Of a stretch of DNA of 61,846 nt, positions 8,801 through 17,632 are shown piece by piece. Each line of letters opens with the position of its first letter. Within the stretch, counting starts at the first letter, position 1. The notes under the pieces were generated by a model. It was not told where the DNA came from, made no database searches, and was given only the letters and a program-made list of their open reading frames with translations. Made by a program: the position numbers and the translations under genes. This stretch comes from a virus: positions 1-61,846 of the IMG/VR virus record IMGVR_UViG_3300033566_000071, one strand, 5' to 3'.

Positions 8801-11404
8801 AATTCTAGAAGAAAGTCCTCTGGATGGCGCCTCAATTGGAAGCCAGCGCCCATCAACATAGACAGACGACGCAGATCCACTGTCCCACCACTCAAAGCTT
8901 TCGTCCAATTCCAAACATCGCCCAAGAGCTGTAGCCGAATAGGTTCCGTCAGCTGCCGAGGTGGCAAATGTGAGCTGCTGTGGATCGGGCGAGGTGAGGA
9001 TGAGATATTCGCCTGACAGGGTATTTGTGAGGTCGCCATAAATAAGGATGTAGCCATCCACATTGAACGAATGTGGGGCTGGAAACGTAACCGTAGCCAC
9101 TCCATTTGAAACACTAATACTAACGTTTGTGTTGTCAGCCACATTTATGTTTTTAATCAAGGGCTTATTTAAGACGAAGGGATTGGCCAAACTATCACCG
9201 CACACGAAATTCTCGACAGTGGTGGTGGCGCCATTATCCCTAATTTGCATTATGCGTGAAGTGCGTGTCCCATAAACCAGAAGACCTGAAGAGAATGTTG
9301 TCAGGGTAGTTGTATTGACAAGAATGCTAGAAGCATCTTCCAATGCCACCATTTCCCATGTATCTGAGGCGCCTGTGTAGGTGATGGTGTCACCAGCTAT
9401 AAACTGCACATTCGCATTGAATCCAATCACATCAGTGAATATGCCGCCTCTTGCTTGAATGGCCAATTCATTGATGGTTGTATCTACAGCGCTACTATTA
9501 CTAATCCTAATTGTTGCCATTGTGGTGTCTTCTAGCTCGACACTCAAAATGGTGAAAGTGCCAGTGTTGCGCGGATCCCCTGTTCCTGTTATGACAATGG
9601 TGTCATTTGTTCCAATGTCTGTGCCGATGGTGCCGGTTTTGTTTGTGAATGTAATTCCAATATCAACCACACCTGTCGACACATATGTCACGCTTGTTAC
9701 GAGGGCATATCCGTCCACAATGCTAGCGTCATAAACAGATCCGCGTGTGCGGGCGGTGTATGCAGTGGAGAAAAGAGGGCCAATGATGTATTGAGCGTCA
9801 GTCCGTGCGCGAAGGTTGGCATATTGAGCTGGTAGGAGAAACGCGGCAGCAGCGTCAGCATTCGCTGTTCCAGCATAAAAGGCTCCGCCTACGCCGGCCA
9901 CAAGAGTTTCGGTGAGAGAGCTTTTGTAATTATCGAGCTCCGTCACCCAGCCGCCCCTGGGAGTGCCGGTTTTATAGATGTTCTCATGACCTATTCCCCA
10001 AACAGAGAGGGAAGGGTTTGTGAAATCCAGGGTGGCTGAGCCTGTGTCAGTTAGAGCCAAAATGTTAGAGACAGTGGTGGCTTCCTCATAATAAACCTCG
10101 ACAGTTTCTGAGGTGCCGGCCAGAAGGTATTCGATGTATGTTGTGTCCGACGCAGCCACGTAATAGATGCGCTGCGGCGTCACTGCGGTAAAAATACCAG
10201 CTGTATATGCATAGATATAATAGAAGCAATAGGGCGATGGAGGTCCAGCTATGCCAATTGTATTGAGCCCTGTAACGGCAGACTGACTATATGTGTTTCC
10301 AAGCGGCACTGTCGTCAAAATAGCAAAGCCGTCTATTGGGGCCACGACAGTGAATTCAACCTCGCCCGCCAAAGTGATGGTTAGGGATTCAGGCACCACT
10401 TCTACAACATTGCCCGTCAGCTCATCAAAAACTCTAACACCAATTTGAAAATTGTTAAGGTTGTGCGTGGCAGCTGGAATGGTGAATGTTTGAGTCTGCA
10501 TGCGCACGGTGATGGTGCCAGTTCCTGCTGAGACATAAGCAATAGCAACGCCTCCTGGTGTCTCTGCAATCTTACTCCTGGTAGCTGATGCCTCGACAAT
10601 GTAATATGTGGCTCCTGCTGTGAGGTTTCCTGGCATTGTGCCCGTCGACTCAATTACAACAGCATCGTTGTCGACAAAAGGAAATGTGGCATTGTTAAGT
10701 CCAATTACGCCCATTGCGTCATAATTGTCAACTGTCACCACTGCATTTGTGGAAGTGATGGTGGGAATATACACCTCTCCTGCTGAAGCCGTTTTCTCTT
10801 TGTAAAGGAAAAACGCATCCTCAGAGGCAGCCGTTACGTATGTTACTGAAATTGCGAAGGTGATGGGATCAACTGTTATGTCCTGCACTTCGAGCGTCGT
10901 GTTTGACGCATCTGTGGGCGAATCTGATTTATTGAGTCCGAGGAACACATACTTACTAGTTATGCCGGTGTCCGCTGCTGTGCGTGAAACGGTGCCTCCA
11001 GGGGCCGAAAGGGTTTCGCGGCTCTCTAGGGTGTAGGAAGAAAAATAAACGCCTGTGGACGTTCCTGAGAAGGATGAGGTGCCATAATCTGTGGACGCCT
11101 GCGGGAGGCGCCCGTAGACAATCAGCGGTCCTTGGCCGGTTTGGGCGAGGTCGATTGTGGTGCTGGTGTCAAAATAGAGCTTGATTGAGGTGCCGGATTG
11201 GACAAAGCGCCTGACGCGCAATGGTAGCCAACCATAATAGTTTTCATATCCTGGGCGAGTAGACCACTTCCCTGACGCGTCACAGGTCATGTTGATGGCG
11301 TCTTCCACAAACCCCTCGCCTATTTTGGCGCGAGAGCTATAGCTATCAATTCCGCCCGCTGGGCGCTTTGCTGTGACGTTCTGCCATGTCATGTTTCCAG
11401 CCAT
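5849..11404 (-). CDS. Giant (1851 aa) tail nozzle / tail tubular protein B-like structural protein
   Basis: Uninterrupted ORF with S/T/G/V-rich beta-type composition. It sits between the adaptor-like gene and the internal-protein genes, as in T7 order 11-12-13..16. From memory only, the N-terminal GGIDSYSS..EGF and C-terminal GSWTRFTN segments resemble gp12-type proteins. No alignment was done. Confidence 0.45.
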   Translation of the reverse strand: MAGNMTWQNVTAKRPAGGIDSYSSRAKIGEGFVEDAINMTCDASGKWSTRPGYENYYGWLPLRVRRFVQSGTSIKLYFDTSTTIDLAQTGQGPLIVYGRLPQASTDYGTSSFSGTSTGVYFSSYTLESRETLSAPGGTVSRTAADTGITSKYVFLGLNKSDSPTDASNTTLEVQDITVDPITFAISVTYVTAASEDAFFLYKEKTASAGEVYIPTITSTNAVVTVDNYDAMGVIGLNNATFPFVDNDAVVIESTGTMPGNLTAGATYYIVEASATRSKIAETPGGVAIAYVSAGTGTITVRMQTQTFTIPAATHNLNNFQIGVRVFDELTGNVVEVVPESLTITLAGEVEFTVVAPIDGFAILTTVPLGNTYSQSAVTGLNTIGIAGPPSPYCFYYIYAYTAGIFTAVTPQRIYYVAASDTTYIEYLLAGTSETVEVYYEEATTVSNILALTDTGSATLDFTNPSLSVWGIGHENIYKTGTPRGGWVTELDNYKSSLTETLVAGVGGAFYAGTANADAAAAFLLPAQYANLRARTDAQYIIGPLFSTAYTARTRGSVYDASIVDGYALVTSVTYVSTGVVDIGITFTNKTGTIGTDIGTNDTIVITGTGDPRNTGTFTILSVELEDTTMATIRISNSSAVDTTINELAIQARGGIFTDVIGFNANVQFIAGDTITYTGASDTWEMVALEDASSILVNTTTLTTFSSGLLVYGTRTSRIMQIRDNGATTTVENFVCGDSLANPFVLNKPLIKNINVADNTNVSISVSNGVATVTFPAPHSFNVDGYILIYGDLTNTLSGEYLILTSPDPQQLTFATSAADGTYSATALGRCLELDESFEWWDSGSASSVYVDGRWLPIEAPSRGLSSRIVDTAYQYFDYNTYSSQPVVASTVMADTMFFTNGDDDIVKYDGTNNYDAGLRRNIPAVFMNLDTSVASIQPGFAVAYTNTSTTGKYFQIASDAFDVGDRIYDSTHTLQVFTVVDKQLVPDTTDKWNIIVGGDTSSLANTGTLIKVKRFRYYVRFNMIDANDNVIASAAANSSDMYFDVYTAGRVMIKASDYPIVGFSDYARIEMEFYKTKSDTSAPFYLTKRIALDMTSTSPIVPIIYDDLDDDFLTQLDPVNTALLGTEIGTGWQPPYKAGFVTSADNSLIIGNLKGWPRWDITMKPTSSSVTTAAMAGFKYLFRKDSDEVATTSDFENVQSYEYVTSGTVTLPFTGTFTFTDADVTIGTGIITKAAHGLLTGAAIRLTGASLPVATSGGGLTAATTYYAIYVSASTFKLARTRADAVAGTAITYSNAGAGTNTLTSSGWQSSDLFYSPAHGLVTGNWIYLFYAALGDNQPNSYCGWFQISSADVDTFQLTGRGFSTAPAFGTVSPNRYVAATVKTDIPVWLGTDGNYGQVDGNSSASAELIAARRLADAINFTMVFSKYNTKSTYPSFRPWLTAYAGADYGIGQVVIENQVTQSGFSEIVLGTLPTGLGVFVNGLARASAEVVSSQTFLYPSRAAISFKNYPEIFDNLDADPTMSRSVVDINPADGQELTAAIPFFGTSTFGAANLNQVVVFFKANSMYVCNTATRQYQKIDSRGVGCTAPKTITPTKDGIMFVNKGGIYKLTKDMQVVFVGRYMRGKWDSLVDNTSLDIAAASHWGDRRQYSVYLPPTANPGTGDTYPTQSFIYQYDNEEVGMPGSWTRFTNVAAILGCNKDDNNFFAGVEGSVYQYRNYGSSLDFRDGTSAIPASITFRAEDFGVPGDRKSVLRCAVQIDADETALTSVNIYTATNLSTSFVLNSRISMTTVDGSQLIQCSPDDKKGTYFQMKLTHEQLSQQLVIVGQSYVVNLLNFNAVRQAHDFGGNL

Positions 11405-11446
11405 ATCGGCCCATTCCTTTGTGGAAATGTTTATATATTCATAGAA

Positions 11447-12412
11447 TTACAGGCGCTTACGATAGAAGGAACGGTTCCAGCTCTTGTTTCGAGGCTGCAC
11501 GCGCTTTCCGGTTGGGCGAGAGGCCCACATCTCTTTAACATCATCCTCGAGCTTTTTCAACTGCTCAAGTTCGTCCTCGACGTTGGTGTCAAATGTCCTT
11601 TTGATTTCAACGACAGCATGCTGGACAAGGTAGTCGGAAAAGTCGGAGAAATAGATGGGGATGCAAGACCCTTGCGCCGATGTGACGAAGTCATCATCAT
11701 TGGTTGTAGTGGGGATGGCACTACTCACCGTTCGCCCATAAACCGTCGAGCGATAAAGGGAGCTTGTCTTTATTGTCAGGCGGTTGGCCGTATAATCAAT
11801 GGCCACCACCTGGAGCGTCGCTGTAACATCGCCCGTATATTGGTTGATGATGTTTATGAAACAGCCTAAATCAGCGGTGTTTGTGGACGGCCCGCCATCT
11901 GCAACGCTGGCAATATCATCCATGTATATGTAATTATTGTCAACATCATAAGACGTGATTCGCCCCATTGATGCCACAAGCTTCGGTGGGCGAAGCTGGT
12001 AGCGAACGCGGCAGGTTATCCCACCTTGCGGCTGTGGATAGAGAGAAATGACGTTTCCCTGCAGTGTGTACTTGATTGGGATTGCAGTGACATTGTTCGT
12101 TTCATACTGTGTAACGTTGGTGGTGTTAGTGTAATCCACCCGGTAGGTGATGACGCCAAAAATGACATCAACCTGATTGACAGTGAAGGCTGCGCTGTCG
12201 GTGGGAATTGTGAAAGTTCGCCCAGTGAATGTGGACGTTGAATAATCGCGCTTGAGCATTTCAGGAAAATGGCGCCCAGCGAGACGCGTCAGCTGGAGCT
12301 GGGACCTATTGAGGCTATCCAATATCTTTGCGTCGGACAAATCGGCTGTGTTGTTTTCGTCAACACAATTTCTCACTGCCGTAATGAGTTCACTTGTCAG
12401 TGTTGTAGACAT
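11447..12412 (-). CDS. Head-to-tail adaptor / tail tubular protein A-like candidate
   Basis: 321-aa ORF directly upstream of the nozzle-like gene. The assignment rests on position only. Confidence 0.35.
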   Translation of the reverse strand: MSTTLTSELITAVRNCVDENNTADLSDAKILDSLNRSQLQLTRLAGRHFPEMLKRDYSTSTFTGRTFTIPTDSAAFTVNQVDVIFGVITYRVDYTNTTNVTQYETNNVTAIPIKYTLQGNVISLYPQPQGGITCRVRYQLRPPKLVASMGRITSYDVDNNYIYMDDIASVADGGPSTNTADLGCFINIINQYTGDVTATLQVVAIDYTANRLTIKTSSLYRSTVYGRTVSSAIPTTTNDDDFVTSAQGSCIPIYFSDFSDYLVQHAVVEIKRTFDTNVEDELEQLKKLEDDVKEMWASRPTGKRVQPRNKSWNRSFYRKRL

Positions 12413-12440
12413 TGGATAGCCTTTCTATGCGCTCGTCGCA

Positions 12441-12836
12441 TTATGCTAGGTAGGACGATTTTTTCATAAGAGGATTGGGACGTTTTGCTTTTGGCTTAGG
12501 CTTTCCAACAAGAGCTTCTTCTGGACTTTCTTCTTCTGCGCCGGGACCCATATCAAGGCCAGCCATGTCTGGGCCGACATCTTCTGTTCCGAGCTCTTCA
12601 GCCATCATGCGAGCGTCTTCGTCGTCGTCTGGAATGCCGGAGCTGTCTTCTTCACCTTCGAGGGCAGCTGACTCATCTCCTTCGTCCACGCCAGAGAACA
12701 TGTCTTCCTGCCCTTCGCCTTCTTCTTCCATGTGAATGGAATTGGCCATTTCTTCCAGCTCATCAAACCGTGGATCATCACTCTTTTTTGGGGGAGCACT
12801 ACGCATTTCCTTGACCAAGGCCAGTAAATCTCTCAT
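12441..12836 (-). CDS. Extremely acidic, probably disordered protein with a basic C-terminal tail
   Basis: 131-aa ORF. By my count it has about 38 D/E and 13 K/R residues. It contains long D/E runs (IPDDDEDA, EEEGEGQED) and ends KPKPKAKRPNPLMKK. Confidence 0.6.
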   Translation of the reverse strand: MRDLLALVKEMRSAPPKKSDDPRFDELEEMANSIHMEEEGEGQEDMFSGVDEGDESAALEGEEDSSGIPDDDEDARMMAEELGTEDVGPDMAGLDMGPGAEEESPEEALVGKPKPKAKRPNPLMKKSSYLA

Positions 12837-12846
12837 CTTTTTCTCC

Positions 12847-13200
12847 TTATTTACGTTTCTTTGGAACGCTATTTTTCATTTTCGCCCAGAAACCTGCTTC
12901 CTCTTCGGAAGAGGGAGCCTTGGCTTCCTCGACAATATTTGAGTTCTTCAAAAATTCCTTAGCATCAGCGTTGCCAGCTTTGGCCATTGTCTGAGCTTGA
13001 CGCTCACGCTGCTCGCTTCCGGGACGCGGGGTAGATTCCTGGAGTCCACGCGACCTATTCATAAGCTCGTCTTTTTGCAAGGTGTCTGGCTCGTCCTCAT
13101 TTATGAGGATGGGACCTTTGCCATACATACTGGCGTATGGCTTTCTTTTCTTTGGAGGAGGGGCTGAGCTTCCCCCTTCTTCTCTGTCAAAATAAGACAT
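12847..13200 (-). CDS. K/E/P-rich hypothetical virion-module protein
   Basis: The ORF track starts at 13245. The internal ATG at 13200 (MSYFDREEGG) has an AAGGA RBS 8 nt upstream, so I prefer it. Confidence 0.5.
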   Translation of the reverse strand: MSYFDREEGGSSAPPPKKRKPYASMYGKGPILINEDEPDTLQKDELMNRSRGLQESTPRPGSEQRERQAQTMAKAGNADAKEFLKNSNIVEEAKAPSSEEEAGFWAKMKNSVPKKRK

Positions 13201-13299
13201 ATCCAATTCCTTTAATTGAAAATGCGGTAGATGAGGCAGACGCATATTAGCACAGCTTCCGCCGTAAGGATAGCTTCCATTAAGTAAGTCATTTTGTCT

Positions 13300-14241
13300 C
13301 TATCCATTTGGAATGTCCGCTATGAAGCTGCCTGCTGTCAGGGCCACGCCTACGCCGGTGTTGCCTCTTCCCGATTGATCGACGAATGTACTTGACGTAT
13401 CCCCACTATCGCCCATGTAATATAGTAGGGTGCAGTTGGCGGCCTTTGATGTGGCTTTTGGATCGAGCCTAAACCCTCCGTTATAAATTTCAGCAACATC
13501 CGCATCAGTTAGGAATGTGTCCCATACACAAAAATCATCAATTCTTCCCTGCAGAAATCTCGTGAACACTGTTGTGTAGTCGCATGCCACCACTCCTTTT
13601 GTGAATGTCGAGATGGTGGTGAGGTTGCCTGTTCCTTGTCCTTGAATTATCCCATCAATCCAAAATCTTGTTGTATTGCCGTTTCTACTGAACGCCACAT
13701 GATACCACTCACCATTGGTGAGAACAGTGGTGCCGACAATTGATATTAAATTTGATGAGCTATCCCTAACTTCGGCTGCTAGCCGTATATTTGCCCCGCC
13801 TGCGGTTGTGTAAATATTCCACCAACGTGGGTTGCATGCAGTGAGAGTTTGTGTTCCGTTAAAATTGTTTCCCTTAACCCAAAAACTAACAGCATAATCA
13901 AGGCCAAGTCTTGCTGATAGGTCAACATTTGTAATGTCAATATATTGAGTCGATCCATTAAACTGCGTACTATAAACATCAGCAGTGTTAGGAGCCGAAT
14001 CAAAATAGGTGGCCCTGTTGTCCCATATGTGGGTTGCGGCATTAGCCCCATTTGCCCACTCACTTCTTCTTGTGGTGGAGTTGATTAGGGATTCTCTACA
14101 AATCGCCCACACCGGCTCGCTTGTTAAAGCTCTCGCCTTAGCTGTGCAGCCTGTGTATTTAACATTCCCAACTTCTTCCTCTAGCAGGGCTGTAATGCTG
14201 CCGCCGCATGCAGTGAGGAACATGGGATTCATGTGTGTCAT
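13300..14241 (-). CDS. LamG / concanavalin-A-like lectin domain protein (receptor-binding accessory candidate)
   Basis: Motifs YAVSFWVKGNNF, GEWYHVAFSRNGNTTRFWIDG and GRIDDFCVWDTFLTDADVAEIYNGG are typical of Laminin_G_3-type domains. An AGGAG RBS precedes the ATG. Confidence 0.75.
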   Translation of the reverse strand: MTHMNPMFLTACGGSITALLEEEVGNVKYTGCTAKARALTSEPVWAICRESLINSTTRRSEWANGANAATHIWDNRATYFDSAPNTADVYSTQFNGSTQYIDITNVDLSARLGLDYAVSFWVKGNNFNGTQTLTACNPRWWNIYTTAGGANIRLAAEVRDSSSNLISIVGTTVLTNGEWYHVAFSRNGNTTRFWIDGIIQGQGTGNLTTISTFTKGVVACDYTTVFTRFLQGRIDDFCVWDTFLTDADVAEIYNGGFRLDPKATSKAANCTLLYYMGDSGDTSSTFVDQSGRGNTGVGVALTAGSFIADIPNG

Positions 14242-14256
14242 TTCATCTCCTATGTT

Positions 14257-14493
14257 TTACAGTTTGCCTAAGGCCTGAAGAACGGCCAGTATGCTGCCGG
14301 CTCCAGCGCAAGCGGCGGCCAAAACCTTGGCAACTTTTATAGGAAGGAGTGCGGTTTGCATGTCCTTCTCCAGTAGCTCTGTGCGCTTGATGTGGAGCTC
14401 TAGCTGGTCGTTATATGTCTTCAGCCTCTCGTTAGTTACGGCAGAATGCTGCTCCAGTCTCATGAGTGTATCGAATATGCGTTCTTCGTTCAT
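14257..14493 (-). CDS. Small coiled-coil protein with C-terminal transmembrane anchor
   Basis: 78-aa ORF with a helical N-terminus and a hydrophobic tail, VAKVLAAACAGAGSILAVLQAL. Confidence 0.5.
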   Translation of the reverse strand: MNEERIFDTLMRLEQHSAVTNERLKTYNDQLELHIKRTELLEKDMQTALLPIKVAKVLAAACAGAGSILAVLQALGKL

Positions 14494-14502
14494 ACGCCCT
14501 CC

Positions 14503-17500
14503 TCAGGCGATGCGGACTGCGTAGAAAATTGATGTACTTGCACCCGTAGCAGGAGCAGTTCCAGTAAACGCCGAGTTAGCAACCAGATATATTGTTGTAC
14601 CTGTAGTGCTAATATAGTACGGACAAGGACTTAAGTGCCTTCCGTTAGCAATACCAGAGGAGTTATCAACAGTGATATATTGATTGTCTAATGTCGCAGA
14701 CGTTGTAGAGATACCTGCAATACATTGAGTTTGAGTGGACCCCGCTGTACCGAAAGATACTTTCCCATAAACAACCCAAGTTCCAGCCGTTAGGACTAAA
14801 GACCCGGCGTTATAAGTGGTTCCTGAGGCTGTGAGGGTTACGTTACTAAGAGATGCTGTTAGTTTTTCCCCAACATACCCACTCGCAATAGCAGCACCAG
14901 TCGTCAAGCCCGGCGCACTGCCAGCCTTATACAACCCACTTGAGCCGTCAGTACCTGCGAGACCGAAGCCGACGGGGCTGGAGGGGTTAGCCTTCACTAG
15001 TCTATAGCGTGTGCCTGCTGTCATTGTCGCCCAAGTATCTACAGTCCCGCCGCGATACTTGCCTCTAATCACCCTCAAGTTGGTTGAGTTTATGTCTAAA
15101 CCAAGCCCAAAGAAGTTAGTGTTATCATTTCTAATGGCGTCTATTTCAAACGTCGGACAGGGTAACCAAGGACCCACACCACCAGCTTGAATTTCCAACC
15201 AAACTCTATCACCAACTTGTTGCGGGTACTGCCAAGCCGATGCGTAGGCTACGGAGACAATTTCAGATGAGCCTGCTGGGGTTGTGGTTGGTAGTGCAGT
15301 TCCTGCGGGGCTTCTGTCTGCTACCCAGCTTGAGAATCCTGAGCTTAAGTACTCAACTTGAGCACCCGCGCCTAAGTTCACAGTGCCGTTGCCAGCCCAT
15401 TCAGCGATGGGGACCATAAACGAGATTACAATTCTATCCGTGTTAGCAAATGTAATAGGGGCAGTCGCGGTAATAGCAAGTGGACTTACTGCAGTGGCTG
15501 TATCATCAATATAGCTAACGTCAATGGTTGTTGCAGAAGCTAAGCTTACCGCTCCCATGTAGGCAGCTGTTCCTGTATCGGAAATGCCGACATTGGAGTT
15601 TGGTAGTACATTGGCTCTAGCAAAAGTACTGTCTGGCAGAGCAGCGGTGTTGATGGTCCTACCACTAGGCAGTGTTAGGGTCAACGCAGTGGCGGTTGGA
15701 GCACCTGTCAAAGCTACCTTTATGTCGTATTTAGCCCAGCTGCCAATACGTGTCTCAAACGCGGTGTAGGTCGCGTTACTAACCCAAGTACCTGTGAAAG
15801 TAACAGCAACAGGGTCACTGACCGCCGCGCCTTGTGTGATGATGCCGTTACCGATGACGATGTTTGTGACGTAAAGGGTGTTGGCACTTGAGCGTGTTGT
15901 TTGCGTGAGAGAGACAGTGTAGGTGGCTCCGGTGTCGCCATCAAATGTACAATTAAACTGGCCAGTAAAGCCGGCCGGCAGCGTGGTTACTGACGAGCTA
16001 TCAGAGCTGAGAGAGACGCGCGTGCCGCCTGAATTATAGACAGACAGCCGCCAAACACCCAAACTAGATGCAGGGACAACAACGTACATAGATACTTGAA
16101 GCTTAGTGCTTCTAATTGCAGGAGGACACGCTAGCGCAGCCGCGTACACACCGCTTGTCGAAGTTTCACTGGAGGCTGTTGTAGTTGAGATGGCAAAGCA
16201 TGTATCTATGATGCCGGCCAAGGGGCTATTTGATGTGTCGCGTGAGACAGTGTAATTGGAAGCTGCAGTCCAGCCGGTTGTGGCAGAAGCCGCACTTGGG
16301 TTATCGACGATGTTGAGAGAGCCTGAGCCTGAGCCGCTACCTCCCACTTCGTTCAGATTCGTTCCATCATCCGAATAAAATTTGTCTGTGTCTGTGGCAT
16401 AGACTATCACACCCTCAACCCTTGTGAGAGCCGTAAGGTTGGCCAGTGTGTTAGAAGGAACAGTCCAGCGTGAGGTGTTGGAGGCCGTTCCACCTGCGAG
16501 GGTGGGGGTTGTCAATGTGGGCGAGGTTCCGAAGAGAAGTGAGCCGCTGCCGGATTCGTCGCTAATTACACCAGCAAGCTCTGCGGATGTTGTAGCGGCG
16601 AAAGCTGAAAGCTTATTGGCCGTATATGCAACCGTACCTCCGGCTCCGAAGGCTACAGAAGAGCTGTCCGTTCCAGTGAATGTCAATGTATTCGAGGCTG
16701 TGAGGGTTTTGCCATCAGCTATTGTGAGTGTGCTGCCTGTCGCAGGAGCTGTCAGTGTCAGCTTATTTATTGATGTCGCTGACGCAACGCCAAGTGTTGG
16801 TGTCACGAGAGTTGGGGACGTCGCAAAGACAAGAGCACCTGAGCCGGTCTCATCGGAGATTACGCTCGCGAGCTCGCTAGATGTGGTTGCTGCAAAAACA
16901 GAAAGCTTATTAGATGTATAGGTGACGGTGCCGCCTGCGCCGAACACAACAGAGGATCCGTCTGTGCCGGAAAATGTCAATGTATTCGAAGCCGTCAGAG
17001 TTTTACCATCGGCTATTGTTAGGGTTGAGCCTGTGGCCGGGGCCGTCAATGCAACCTTGTTTATCGATGTTGCGCTGGCTACGCCTAGCACGGGTGTCGT
17101 CAGTGTGGGCGAGGTGGCAAACACCAGGAGGCCCGATCCGGTTTCATCCGATATAACGGTAGCTAGCTCAGCTGATGTTGTGGAGGCGAACGCCGACAGC
17201 TTAGCCGAGAAGGTGGCAATAGTGGTGTCGGCGTCTGGCAGTGTGAATGTTCGGGTTGTGGCAGTAGAAATACCGCTTAGCTGAAAGCGGGCCTTCTTTG
17301 TACTATCCCCATCATCTTGCAAAATGAAGAGAGTGTCTTTGGCGGCATATGTATTTGTATTGTCTAAGGTTTTGTTAGACAAAGTTTGGGTAGAGGTTGT
17401 GTCGAGAAGTGTGGCTGTCGATGCCGGCAGTGTGATTGTTATGGCTCCAACATTCGCCCCTTGGATAATGGTGAGTTCGTTCGCCCCGCCCTTTCCTAGG

Positions 17501-17553
17501 GTGATGGAGGTGCCGGCTGTCTCAATATTTCCACGTTGGTCTTTTGTTGCCAT
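14503..17553 (-). CDS. Tail fibre protein
   Basis: 1016-aa ORF. It contains repeated SDETGSGxLVFATSPTLxTPxLG units typical of phage fibre shafts and a divergent C-terminal domain. Confidence 0.8.
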   Translation of the reverse strand: MATKDQRGNIETAGTSITLGKGGANELTIIQGANVGAITITLPASTATLLDTTSTQTLSNKTLDNTNTYAAKDTLFILQDDGDSTKKARFQLSGISTATTRTFTLPDADTTIATFSAKLSAFASTTSAELATVISDETGSGLLVFATSPTLTTPVLGVASATSINKVALTAPATGSTLTIADGKTLTASNTLTFSGTDGSSVVFGAGGTVTYTSNKLSVFAATTSSELASVISDETGSGALVFATSPTLVTPTLGVASATSINKLTLTAPATGSTLTIADGKTLTASNTLTFTGTDSSSVAFGAGGTVAYTANKLSAFAATTSAELAGVISDESGSGSLLFGTSPTLTTPTLAGGTASNTSRWTVPSNTLANLTALTRVEGVIVYATDTDKFYSDDGTNLNEVGGSGSGSGSLNIVDNPSAASATTGWTAASNYTVSRDTSNSPLAGIIDTCFAISTTTASSETSTSGVYAAALACPPAIRSTKLQVSMYVVVPASSLGVWRLSVYNSGGTRVSLSSDSSSVTTLPAGFTGQFNCTFDGDTGATYTVSLTQTTRSSANTLYVTNIVIGNGIITQGAAVSDPVAVTFTGTWVSNATYTAFETRIGSWAKYDIKVALTGAPTATALTLTLPSGRTINTAALPDSTFARANVLPNSNVGISDTGTAAYMGAVSLASATTIDVSYIDDTATAVSPLAITATAPITFANTDRIVISFMVPIAEWAGNGTVNLGAGAQVEYLSSGFSSWVADRSPAGTALPTTTPAGSSEIVSVAYASAWQYPQQVGDRVWLEIQAGGVGPWLPCPTFEIDAIRNDNTNFFGLGLDINSTNLRVIRGKYRGGTVDTWATMTAGTRYRLVKANPSSPVGFGLAGTDGSSGLYKAGSAPGLTTGAAIASGYVGEKLTASLSNVTLTASGTTYNAGSLVLTAGTWVVYGKVSFGTAGSTQTQCIAGISTTSATLDNQYITVDNSSGIANGRHLSPCPYYISTTGTTIYLVANSAFTGTAPATGASTSIFYAVRIA
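16492..17202 (-). repeat. In-frame tandem repeat inside the tail fibre gene (2 full 98-aa units plus a partial third)
   Basis: Unit KLSAFASTTSAELATVISDETGSG...GAGGTVTYTSN occupies residues 118-215 and 216-313. A partial copy follows to about residue 352. Confidence 0.85.
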
Positions 17554-17598
17554 TTGGAATGTCTCTTAGGGAGAGAAGGAAGAGCCCCTACCGTAGGA

Positions 17599-17616
17599 GC
17601 CCAAAGAAGGGGAGGC
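17599..17616 (-). terminator. Rho-independent terminator candidate after the 280-aa gene
   Basis: Minus strand reads GGGGAGG-gcag-CCTCCCC followed by TTCTTTGGG. A second imperfect hairpin follows. Confidence 0.55.
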
Positions 17617-17632
17617 TGCCCTCCCCAAATAC

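Noticed and set aside
13300-17553. A diversity-generating retroelement targeting the LamG or fibre C-termini.
   Set aside because: No reverse transcriptase ORF is present anywhere in the genome, and no template/variable repeat pair with adenine-specific differences was seen. The fibre repeats are in-frame shaft duplications.
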